Of a DNA stretch of 59,541 bases, positions 10,281 through 18,887 are shown one piece after another. The DNA is from a bacterium (lineage in GTDB: Bacteria > Bacillota_I > Bacilli_A > RFN20 > CAG-288). The notes beneath the pieces are model-generated. The model worked only from the letters and a program-made list of their open reading frames with translations. It was not told where the DNA came from and ran no database searches. Location: NCBI GenBank assembly GCA_963648975.1, contig CAVJFW010000004.1, positions 1 through 59,541 of the forward strand, read 5' to 3'. Position 1 is the stretch's first letter, and each line of letters opens with the position of its first letter. The translations under genes were made by a program, and so were the position numbers.

Positions 10281-11645
10281 GCTGAATTCAGTTTTGAAGA
10301 TTCTCTTGGAAATGATGAAGTAACAGATGAAATGGGCAATCATGGTGACTCCCCAGCTGATTGGGTAGGATAGATACAAACCGAATATGGAATGTAATGA
10401 TTCCATCCTGAAGAAAGTGTAGATGTATAGAATTCTAAGTGCACAGATTCCGACTAATGAGACCATCATTGGGATGAAGGAATAACCAAAGCCTCTTATG
10501 GCACTGGATATCGTACATACGAGCGTATATATGATGTATGTCGTTCCGATGATCTTCATCTTCTCGACGCCATAGCTTATGGCTTCGGCATCACTGATAT
10601 AGATTCTCAACAGTGGTTCTGCCATGAAATAGACGAAGATTCCTGCTATTAGGGAGAATGCCACACCATATAGTGAGCAATAGAATGTGGACTGTTGGAT
10701 TCTCTTTTTGTCCTTGGCTCCGTAATTGGCACCGACAAAGGCAACGGATGCCTGGGCAAAGGCATCGACACCGACGGAAAGGAATGACTCTATGGAGCTT
10801 TCGGCACCAGTCCCTGTGACAGCCGCAGAACCGAAGGAATTGATGCTGGATTGCAATACGACGTTTGAAAGGGAGAATAAGGCTGACTGGATTCCTGCAG
10901 GAACGCCGATTCTGATGATTTCCAGGATTTCTTCCTTATGAATCCTGAAATTCCTCAATGTGAGTCTGCAGAACGAATTCTTGTTTTTGATGAGACATAG
11001 TGTGACAAGAGTAGCCGAGATGACCTGGGCAATCGTCGTCGTGATGGCGACACCGGCAACATCAAGCTTGAAGACGATGACGAACAGGAAGTTGAGAGAG
11101 ACGTTTACGATTCCGGAGAGACATAGGATGAGGAAAGGCTTTGTCGTATCTCCTAGGCCCCTCATCAATGCTGCACCGAAGTCATAGATGATGACAAAAG
11201 GAATGCCTAGGAAGTAGATTCTCATGTAAGTCGTCGAAAGGTCGATGATGTCATCCGGTGTGGACATCCAAATCAGAAAATATTTTGAGCAGAAGACACC
11301 GACGATCATCAAGATGACTCCGGATATGACGGCAAGGAAGTAGGTAGCCTGAAGGATTCTTTCGGACTTTTCCTTATCCTTTTTTCCATAGGCCTGGGCG
11401 ATCAGGACGTTGGCACCGACGGAGAAGCCTAGAAACAAGGAGACGATGAGTGAAGTCAATGAGGTCGTTGCGGATATGGCACCGACCGAGTTCTGGCTTC
11501 CGAAGTTTCCACATGTGATGAGGTCAGCAGCGGAATAAAGTAGTTGCAGCCAACCGCTCAAAAGCACGGGTATGGCAAATATGATGACCTTTTTGGCCAG
11601 GTTTCCACTTGTCATGTCAAGTTGTGCATCTAGTTTCAGTTTCAT
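10260..11645 (-). CDS. MATE family efflux transporter
   Basis: 461-aa 12-TM-type protein with the typical MATE N-terminus (GNLAKKVIIFAIPVLLSGWLQLLYSAADL). Confidence 0.9.
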   Translation of the reverse strand: MKLKLDAQLDMTSGNLAKKVIIFAIPVLLSGWLQLLYSAADLITCGNFGSQNSVGAISATTSLTSLIVSLFLGFSVGANVLIAQAYGKKDKEKSERILQATYFLAVISGVILMIVGVFCSKYFLIWMSTPDDIIDLSTTYMRIYFLGIPFVIIYDFGAALMRGLGDTTKPFLILCLSGIVNVSLNFLFVIVFKLDVAGVAITTTIAQVISATLVTLCLIKNKNSFCRLTLRNFRIHKEEILEIIRIGVPAGIQSALFSLSNVVLQSSINSFGSAAVTGTGAESSIESFLSVGVDAFAQASVAFVGANYGAKDKKRIQQSTFYCSLYGVAFSLIAGIFVYFMAEPLLRIYISDAEAISYGVEKMKIIGTTYIIYTLVCTISSAIRGFGYSFIPMMVSLVGICALRILYIYTFFRMESLHSIFGLYLSYPISWGVTMIAHFICYFIISKRIFKTEFSKKEVSR

Positions 11646-11649
11646 AACG

Positions 11650-11682
11650 GAAAAGAGTATAAATCAGGTTGATTTATACTCC
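11650..11682 (-). terminator. Intrinsic terminator after GGDEF-1, directly abutting the MATE start codon
   Basis: Perfect 12-bp stem GAGTATAAATCA / TGATTTATACTC with a 3-nt loop, then TTTT on the minus strand. Confidence 0.6.
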
Positions 11683-11695
11683 GTTGTGAAAGCGG

Positions 11696-12763
11696 TTAAC
11701 GGAAAGGATAATGGTTGATGGTGGAAAAGAGAAGCGTCATCGTCTGATAGACGTCGAATTCCTCATCGCTCCATACCTTGTCACGTCTGGCATAAATACA
11801 AAGGTAGGATGGTTCGTTTTTCCCGTTGATGAGCCTGAATGCCAATAGGGATCTCGTATGATTCTTCATCATAAGGTCGTGGATTGGTTTCTGTGCCGGT
11901 ATCTTTGAGGCTTCCAGACGATAGAAGTATTTGAATCTTTCATTTCTGTCGAAGAAGAAGTCGTTTTCATCATAGGGAACAAAAGTGACATCCTCTTCTT
12001 CCTGGTCGATATAAAGAAGCTCATCCCTTTCTGAATCATGGTAGGTGATCAGGGAATCATTATAATATTTGCCTAGCATGGTCGATGTGACCTTGAGTGA
12101 ACGATAAGGATCCTTTGAATTGTTGAAGGTTTCAAAGATATAGGTGATCAGACCGGTCTTCGTCAGTTTCAGGCTTTTCTTTTCAAGATCGATGTTTCCG
12201 TGAAGATCCTTGTCATAGATGATGAAGCAGTTCTTTCCCTTGAACTTACCTCTGTATAAGGCTTTGTCGATAAGTTTGAGAAGGGAATCGAAGTCCTTGG
12301 CATCAAACGGATATCTGACGATACCGGAAGTAAAGGAAATCCTTCCGTTAGGAAGTATGGAGTCAAGATAGCCAAGAGGATGGTTTCTTACATATTCGGA
12401 ATATTCATGAGCTATGTTCCATACCAGCTGTCTTTCCTGTATTTCCGGAACGATAAGAGCAAATTCATCTCCTCCGACCCTGAAGAAAAGACCTTTCTCA
12501 CCGACATTTGTCCTTATCATGTCACAGGAATCCTTCAGAACCCTGTCACCGATGACATGTCCTAAGGAATCATTGACTTTCTTGAAATTATCAAAATCGA
12601 TGAAATAAAGTGCATATGGGATATTCCGCTCAATCAAAAAATGACCAAGCTTCTCAAATAATTCCTTTGAAAAGGCCATGGTCATTGAATCGTATCTTCT
12701 GTCTATCGGATAATCGGATATGAAAGTTTCAATTATTTTGTTCATGATTTGATTATATTTCAT
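11696..12763 (-). CDS. GGDEF-domain protein (putative diguanylate cyclase) with an uncharacterised ~170-aa C-terminal domain
   Basis: FIDFDNFKKVNDSLGHVIGDRVL and RVGGDEFAL motifs in the N-terminal half. ALYRGKFKGKNCF ends the GGDEF domain. The C-terminal half is shared with the paralog at 17672-18721. Confidence 0.85.
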   Translation of the reverse strand: MKYNQIMNKIIETFISDYPIDRRYDSMTMAFSKELFEKLGHFLIERNIPYALYFIDFDNFKKVNDSLGHVIGDRVLKDSCDMIRTNVGEKGLFFRVGGDEFALIVPEIQERQLVWNIAHEYSEYVRNHPLGYLDSILPNGRISFTSGIVRYPFDAKDFDSLLKLIDKALYRGKFKGKNCFIIYDKDLHGNIDLEKKSLKLTKTGLITYIFETFNNSKDPYRSLKVTSTMLGKYYNDSLITYHDSERDELLYIDQEEEDVTFVPYDENDFFFDRNERFKYFYRLEASKIPAQKPIHDLMMKNHTRSLLAFRLINGKNEPSYLCIYARRDKVWSDEEFDVYQTMTLLFSTINHYPFR

Positions 12764-12816
12764 GTATTTTCAAAATGAAAGAACTTTCATGGATGATTTT
12801 CAAGGAAAATGCTGAT

Positions 12817-14025
12817 TTATGCAAGACTGTTGAAGATTGTCTCGCAGGTGGTGAGATATTCCTTAGACTTCGGCTCAAGGACATAGACCGTCTCTGTGCC
12901 GTAAAGTGGATTCAGGTAATATGGATAGGAAGAGATGAAATCAGAAAGAAGGATTCCTTTTTTCGTGGCTTCGTCCTGATAATAATATTCTCCCTCTTCA
13001 GCCTTTTTCCTGAATTCGGTCACGACATTCTTCAGAGTCGGAGAATATCCGATTGTGTTTGCATTCTGATAGGCATGATCTTTATCCAGCATGAAGTTGA
13101 TGAACTGGTTGGCCAGAGTATAGTTCTGGGTCGTGGTTGGTATGACCATGCTGTCAAAGAAGGCTGTCGTTGTCTTTGGAACATAGATATTGAAGTTGAT
13201 GTCTGCATCGATGTCGGTCGAATACATGAGATATAGGGTATCGAAGAAGTCACCTGATTGGGTATAGCAGAAATCCAGAGAGGAATTTGCGACATTTCTT
13301 TTCAGTGAATCGTTTCCGAATTCATCGAATTTTACTTTCTTCAATGCAGTGATGCAGTCGTTCTTTATCTCATCCGAAAGATCCTTTTCCTTGCTGTTGT
13401 CGTAGGAGGTGATGTTTGGATCAAGGTTTCTGCTCATGAGATAACTTGCCAAAATCCATCTGGCGGTGTCGTACATGCCTATTTTGACATTGGAAGAAAA
13501 ATCATTTCGGTTCCATAAGGCATCAAAACCTTTTTCCTTCAGAGTCGTGCCGACATCCGGATTCCTTGTCGAATAGATGAGGGAGTAGCTCCCCCAGAAA
13601 TATGGCATGAAGTAGGAATTGAATTCCTTTCCCTCCGAGACCATGTATTCCTTCATCAGGGTTGAAAGCCCATCCGAGAATAGGGTCTGATAGTTCTTCA
13701 GATTGTCATAGGATTCGTTCTTTACATCCAGTTCCATGAGATATCCTTGATCATAGAGCTGATGCACGGTATAGTCCCCTGGAATGGCAACGTCATAGCT
13801 TGTCGTCTTGCTGGTGATCTTCTGATACATGGATTCAGAGGATGTCACATCCTCTTCGATGACCTGACAGTGATATTCCTTCTCGAAGGCACTGACTAGG
13901 TCCTTGTCGATGTACTCACCCCAGTTGAGGAGATATAAGGTCGTATTAGGAGTAGATAATACGATGACAGCAAAGGTTGTGAAAAGAATCAGAAACGTGA
14001 TGGAGATATATAATATTTTTTTCAT
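12817..14025 (-). CDS. potD: Spermidine/putrescine ABC transporter substrate-binding protein
   Basis: PotD-like sequence (LYLLNWGEYID ...) as the last gene of the potABCD order. N-terminal TM anchor without a lipobox Cys. Confidence 0.9.
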   Translation of the reverse strand: MKKILYISITFLILFTTFAVIVLSTPNTTLYLLNWGEYIDKDLVSAFEKEYHCQVIEEDVTSSESMYQKITSKTTSYDVAIPGDYTVHQLYDQGYLMELDVKNESYDNLKNYQTLFSDGLSTLMKEYMVSEGKEFNSYFMPYFWGSYSLIYSTRNPDVGTTLKEKGFDALWNRNDFSSNVKIGMYDTARWILASYLMSRNLDPNITSYDNSKEKDLSDEIKNDCITALKKVKFDEFGNDSLKRNVANSSLDFCYTQSGDFFDTLYLMYSTDIDADINFNIYVPKTTTAFFDSMVIPTTTQNYTLANQFINFMLDKDHAYQNANTIGYSPTLKNVVTEFRKKAEEGEYYYQDEATKKGILLSDFISSYPYYLNPLYGTETVYVLEPKSKEYLTTCETIFNSLA

Positions 14026-14864
14026 TTCTGTCTTTCTCCCTTCTTTTTCTTCCTGGCATCATGCATGGAGAAGAGAAAAACGATGAGAAGCGTGATGAAG
14101 GTAAGCAAAGCGTTGAAGGCATAGCTTCCTGCAGAGAAATTCTTCTTTGTATAGGAAGAATAAACATAATTCGAGAAGTTGGAGAAACCATTTCCCTGTG
14201 TGTAGAAGGAAATGACAAAATCATCAATGGACAAGGTAAATGCGACAAGAGCACCTGTAAGTATGGCTGTGGACAAGGATGGTATGACGACCTTGAAAAG
14301 AGATTTTATCGGAGAGCAGCCAAGATCCCTGGCAGCCTCATATAAGGAATCATCCATCTGTTCGAGTTTCGGAAGAATCATCATGATGACATAAGGCAAG
14401 GTGAAGAAGACATGGGCGACAAGCATCGTGGTAAAGCCGAAGATGTCAGGAATCAATGGCTTGATGACGCTGAAGATGATCATGATGGAGATGCCGGTGA
14501 CGATTTCGGAATTCAGCATAGGTATTTCGTTCAGGAAGTCCATGGCTTTTCTTGCCTTCTTTGACAAGGCATTTATTCCGATACTTGAGAAGAGTCCGGC
14601 AATGGTGGAGATGAAGGTTGCCCAGAAGCTGACAAGAAGTGAGTCAAGAATGGATGTGAAAAGCTGACGGTTGGTGAAAATCTCAGCATAGTTTTCGAAT
14701 GTGAATCCTCCCCACTGCAGTGGAGTGATGGAATTTGCACTGGCGTTGAATGACTGGTAGATGATGATGAAGACCGGGACATACATGATGGAGAAGACAA
14801 AGAGGATGAAGATGACCTTCAATATGGAGGTCACATAATGCTTCCAATGATTCTTTTCTAGCAT
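14022..14864 (-). CDS. potC: Spermidine/putrescine ABC transporter permease
   Basis: 6-TM permease with the EAARDLG motif. 4-nt overlap with potD. Confidence 0.9.
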   Translation of the reverse strand: MLEKNHWKHYVTSILKVIFILFVFSIMYVPVFIIIYQSFNASANSITPLQWGGFTFENYAEIFTNRQLFTSILDSLLVSFWATFISTIAGLFSSIGINALSKKARKAMDFLNEIPMLNSEIVTGISIMIIFSVIKPLIPDIFGFTTMLVAHVFFTLPYVIMMILPKLEQMDDSLYEAARDLGCSPIKSLFKVVIPSLSTAILTGALVAFTLSIDDFVISFYTQGNGFSNFSNYVYSSYTKKNFSAGSYAFNALLTFITLLIVFLFSMHDARKKKKGERQK

Positions 14865-15664
14865 GATTTTCTGTCCTTCTTCTTGTTATGTTGGCTTCTT
14901 TCAAAGAAAAAGACCATGAGTATGATGATGATACTGAGCAATATGCTGAGCAACGAGCCGAAATTGAAGTTGTTCTTTTCAAATACAGACTGTATCAGGT
15001 TTCCGATCAGTCTGATTTTTCCTTCACCGATGGTCTGCGAGATGGCAAAACCTGTTGCAGCTGGAAGAAAGACCATGATCACACCTGAACTTACACCGCT
15101 TAGGGATAAAGGAAGTGTCACCTTGAAGAAAGTCTTCACAGGTGTGACGCCTAAATCCTTGCTTGCCTCAAGATAGGATCTGTCTAGTTTCTCAAGGACG
15201 GTGAATATAGGAAAGATCATAAAGGGAAGATAGGTCGTGACGGTGACAAAGATGACTGCGGGATAGGAACCCACCAAGTCGAGTGCCTTGAATGCATCGG
15301 TGGAGAAGAGCCTTAACCAGGATACGATTCTCAACATGGAATTTGACCACATCGGAAGTATGAGAAGAAGGAGGAAGACCAACTTGTTCTTTATCTTGGA
15401 AAAGGATAGGAAGTAAGCGACCGGATATCCCAAAAGGATGCAGATCAGGACGGTGATCAGGGCAACGATGAGAGAATTGACGATTGCCTTGAGGATGGAC
15501 ACATCATTGAGTCGGTAATAGCTTTCGATACTTGCACTGGCGGAAGAAAAATCCATGCCATTGGTGGACATGAAGGTAAGAATGAGCATCAGAACCAGAG
15601 GCATGACGACAAGGAACACAAGCCATACGAAATATGGTATGGCAAGATACTTAAATCTTTTCAT
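14858..15664 (-). CDS. potB: Spermidine/putrescine ABC transporter permease
   Basis: Permease with the EASKDLG motif. Overlaps potA and potC. Confidence 0.9.
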   Translation of the reverse strand: MKRFKYLAIPYFVWLVFLVVMPLVLMLILTFMSTNGMDFSSASASIESYYRLNDVSILKAIVNSLIVALITVLICILLGYPVAYFLSFSKIKNKLVFLLLLILPMWSNSMLRIVSWLRLFSTDAFKALDLVGSYPAVIFVTVTTYLPFMIFPIFTVLEKLDRSYLEASKDLGVTPVKTFFKVTLPLSLSGVSSGVIMVFLPAATGFAISQTIGEGKIRLIGNLIQSVFEKNNFNFGSLLSILLSIIIILMVFFFERSQHNKKKDRKSC

Positions 15665-17522
15665 TTTTCTCAGTTTCCTCTAACATCAGCCTGGCCTGAA
15701 GCCTGAGATCCTGGATTTCCTTTGGCTGAAGGGAATCCTCAACCTTCATCAGATGGATTTCATAGGCATCAACCTTGAGCCCTATGACATCTCCGACCTC
15801 AACGTTCTGATAGTCCTGTACCATCACGGTCTGTCCGTTGACCTCTACCCAGATGTCAAAGGTGACACCGGTGAAGGCAGTCTTCAGGACTTTTCCCTGA
15901 AGGATGGCCTTGTCGACATCCTCCAGAACAATATCGAAATCCTCGGGACGGATGACGGCATCCACGATTTCTCCTGGAATGAAAGTGGTGACGTAACTCT
16001 TGAATTTCTGATTGAGGAACATCACCTGCTGGTTGCCAAGGAAGGTACCCTCGAGAATGTTTGGATTCTCATAGTTGGCAAGAAGTTTCGCCTTGGACTC
16101 ATTTATGGACTCCACATATATGTTACCCGGAGATACGGAAAGTCCGATGATGTCATGGACTTTTTCCTTGTCTTCGGATTCCATCTTGATGATGGTGTCA
16201 TCGATCTTGACATTAAGAAGATATTTGTTTTCCTCATAGGTGCAACTGAGCACCTCCCCTTTCAGCTTTGCGATATCGAGTGAGCAGATATCGAAATCCG
16301 GTCTTTCGATGATGACATAGACATTGTCTCCCGGTCTGAAGTCAAAGGCTGAGACCTTGAATGTCTTGTTGAGGATGTTGAGCCTTCTGATGTCAGAGTA
16401 GACACCTCTGAAGATATTGGCCTCACCGATGAAGGTTGCCACAAATCTGTTGACCGGCGTATTGTAGATATCTTCCGGTCTTCCCATCTGCTGTATCTTT
16501 CCTGAATTCATGACGACGACGGTGTCTGACATGACCATGGCTTCTTCCTGGTCGTGGGTGACGAAGATGAAGGTGATTCCAAGTTTTCTTTGCAGTTCCC
16601 TGAGTTCAAGACGCATGCTTTTCCTTAACTTCAGGTCAAGAGCGGAAAGTGGCTCATCCAAAAGAAGAATACGTGGTTTGTTGACGATGGCCCTGGCAAT
16701 GGCGATACGCTGCATCTGTCCTCCGGAGAGGGAGGATATTTCTCTCTTCTCATAGCCTTCGAGGTTGACGAGCTTGAGTGCTTTTTTGACTTCTTCCCTG
16801 ATGACATTTTCCTTGAAGTGCCTATCCTTGATTTCTTCTATCATCTGATAAAAGCAGTCTTTGGATGAAACATTCTCAAGAAATTCCGTTCTGAATGTCT
16901 TGTATTTGAGAGAACCATCGATCTTGTCCAAAGGGTATTCGACATTATATTTTTTGATAAGTGTCTCTATATATTCCTTCGCATCATGGAATGTGTGGAA
17001 ACGGTGTGACTTTTCAAGAGCTTTCAGTTCGATTTCTAATTGATATTTGATGGATTTTGATTCGAAAGTGGAAATGACATAGGCTTTGACATCTTTTGGC
17101 TTTTCGATGAAAGTGAGCTTATGGACAAGTTCGTTGATTTCTTCTTCACCAAAGCCGTTCTTCTCCATCATGTTCATCGTACCGATGTCATAAACGTTGG
17201 AGTAGATGTTGTTTCTCAGGCCAAAGGCGATATTGTCATAGATATTGAGGTGCGGGAAAAGTGCATATTTCTGGAAGACGGTATTGATCGGCCTTTTATG
17301 GGATGGAAGAGAGGCGATGTCGACACCGTCGAGCAGAAGTTGGCCATGTTCCATCGATTCAAATCCGCCGATGATTCTCAATGTCGTCGTCTTGCCACAT
17401 CCGGATGGTCCTAGGAATGTGACGAACTCATTTTCGTTGATGGACAGATTCAGGTCATCCAAGATGACATTGTCACCATACGATTTTCTGACCCCCTTCA
17501 GCTCAAGAATCTTACGTGCCAT
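15651..17522 (-). CDS. potA: Spermidine/putrescine ABC transporter ATPase, oversized (623 aa)
   Basis: Start at ATG 17522 (MARKILELKG...) behind AGGAGG. Walker A GPSGCGKTT, signature LSGGQMQR, Walker B LLLDEP. Carries a ~130-aa insertion and two C-terminal TOBE-like modules. Confidence 0.9.
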   Translation of the reverse strand: MARKILELKGVRKSYGDNVILDDLNLSINENEFVTFLGPSGCGKTTTLRIIGGFESMEHGQLLLDGVDIASLPSHKRPINTVFQKYALFPHLNIYDNIAFGLRNNIYSNVYDIGTMNMMEKNGFGEEEINELVHKLTFIEKPKDVKAYVISTFESKSIKYQLEIELKALEKSHRFHTFHDAKEYIETLIKKYNVEYPLDKIDGSLKYKTFRTEFLENVSSKDCFYQMIEEIKDRHFKENVIREEVKKALKLVNLEGYEKREISSLSGGQMQRIAIARAIVNKPRILLLDEPLSALDLKLRKSMRLELRELQRKLGITFIFVTHDQEEAMVMSDTVVVMNSGKIQQMGRPEDIYNTPVNRFVATFIGEANIFRGVYSDIRRLNILNKTFKVSAFDFRPGDNVYVIIERPDFDICSLDIAKLKGEVLSCTYEENKYLLNVKIDDTIIKMESEDKEKVHDIIGLSVSPGNIYVESINESKAKLLANYENPNILEGTFLGNQQVMFLNQKFKSYVTTFIPGEIVDAVIRPEDFDIVLEDVDKAILQGKVLKTAFTGVTFDIWVEVNGQTVMVQDYQNVEVGDVIGLKVDAYEIHLMKVEDSLQPKEIQDLRLQARLMLEETEKNEKI

Positions 17523-17568
17523 GTTTCTTTCCTCCTTGGGAAGAACCTTGTTATTAGAAACGAAATAA

Positions 17569-17596
17569 ATTATAGAACTATGTAGAGAATATACAA
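17569..17596 (-). promoter_or_regulatory. Putative sigma-A promoter of potABCD
   Basis: On the minus strand: TTGTAT, 16 nt, TATAAT, about 45 nt upstream of the potA ATG. Confidence 0.45.
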
Positions 17597-17623
17597 CTAT
17601 TTTTTCATATTTTTTTGAGGTAT

Positions 17624-17659
17624 GAAAAACACGACCTTTCCAATAGGAAAAAGGTCGTG
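17624..17659 (-). terminator. Intrinsic terminator after GGDEF-2
   Basis: CACGACCTTT / AAAGGTCGTG 10-bp stem followed by T5 on the minus strand. Confidence 0.65.
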
Positions 17660-17671
17660 TCGTCATAGCGT

Positions 17672-18721
17672 TCATTCAGTGTAATTCTTTGGATTTGCAA
17701 CCATGGAATAGACATTACTCATGGTGAGGTAAAGAAGGATTTCCATCTCTGACCATACCTTTTCGACTCCTGATTCCACGAGTATGAGATTTCCTTCTTT
17801 GTCCTTCGTCCTGAATATGATGAAGGAACGTGTCTTTCGTCTTTCCATCAGAGCGAGGATTTTCTTTTCATAGTCATCATCTTTCTTCAGAAGGGAAAAA
17901 TAATTGACATGGTATGTTTCTTCCCTGTTGAACCTGTATTCGTCTTTCTTCAGGCATGGAAGTCCACTTATCTTGGCCTGGGGATCCTGATAGAGCAGGA
18001 CAGGTGCATCAGATGTTATCAAATAGATTGATTTTGCCGAATAGTAGTTACCCAGCATATGACTCACCATGGACAAGGCTTTGGCTGTATCATGGATACG
18101 GAACATCTCGAAAATATAGTCGACAAGACCATGGACGTTCAGACTTGATTTTCTTTGTGCGACATTGATGTCTCCATGAAGGTTTCGGTTATAGATGATG
18201 AAACAGTTCTTTCCCTTCATCTTCCCTCTGAAAAGAGCCTTCTCGGAATTCTTCAGAAGTCCTTCAAAATCAGGGGCATCTATCGGATGACGGGTGATAC
18301 CCATCGTCAAGGTGACTGGATATGGCTTTGCATCGGTTGTGAGATATCCCAAATTGAGATGTCTGATGGATTCTGAAATATCTCTTGCGATGTTCCATAC
18401 ATCCTCATATGTTGCGATGTTGGGAACGATGACGACGAATTCATCTCCACCATAACGGAAAAGAACGCCTTTTTGTCCGATGACGTTTTCAATTCCGGTT
18501 GCAATGTCCTTCAAAAGTGTTTCGGAGGCAGTGATACCTTTTGTTTCACTGACACTCTCGAAGTTGTCGATATCGATGAAATACATGGAAAAGATGCCAC
18601 CGTTCTCGATAAGGAAATCTGCATATTTCTTCAGATAATCCTTATTGACGGCATTCGTCAGGGAATCATATACATGTTCCTTGTTGTGAGTGGAGAAGAA
18701 TTGGCTTTCTTTTAGTTTCAT
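17672..18721 (-). CDS. GGDEF-domain protein, paralog of 11696-12763, with variant base-recognition residues
   Basis: FIDIDNFESVSETKGITASETLL and RYGGDEFVV motifs, then ALFRGKMKGKNCF. Start chosen at ATG 18721 (MKLKESQ...) by alignment with the paralog. The ORF could extend to 18835. Confidence 0.8.
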   Translation of the reverse strand: MKLKESQFFSTHNKEHVYDSLTNAVNKDYLKKYADFLIENGGIFSMYFIDIDNFESVSETKGITASETLLKDIATGIENVIGQKGVLFRYGGDEFVVIVPNIATYEDVWNIARDISESIRHLNLGYLTTDAKPYPVTLTMGITRHPIDAPDFEGLLKNSEKALFRGKMKGKNCFIIYNRNLHGDINVAQRKSSLNVHGLVDYIFEMFRIHDTAKALSMVSHMLGNYYSAKSIYLITSDAPVLLYQDPQAKISGLPCLKKDEYRFNREETYHVNYFSLLKKDDDYEKKILALMERRKTRSFIIFRTKDKEGNLILVESGVEKVWSEMEILLYLTMSNVYSMVANPKNYTE

Positions 18722-18887
18722 CGGTGAATTCCTAATGCAATATTGTACGATAAGTTTGATTGAGAATGTATTTATTTCCTTCTTTTTACCTTGATTGAAA
18801 TGTTTTTTGTCTTCGAAAAACAAAAAATAGAGCATAATTCACGTTTTGTTTCTTTCCAGGAATCACGATTTTTGATAAACTAAGAAC

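Noticed and set aside
12764-12816. Weak AT-rich hairpin (ATGAAAG..CTTTCAT) between potD and GGDEF-1 considered as a terminator
   Set aside because: The stem is short and AT-rich with a minimal loop. That is insufficient to call, and co-transcription of GGDEF-1 with the pot operon remains possible.
17523-17675. N-terminal extension of the potA ORF (start at 17675), overlapping the GGDEF-2 stop and its terminator
   Set aside because: An AGGAGG RBS precedes ATG 17522, and the canonical ABC N-terminus begins there. The extension would run through a terminator hairpin and a promoter.
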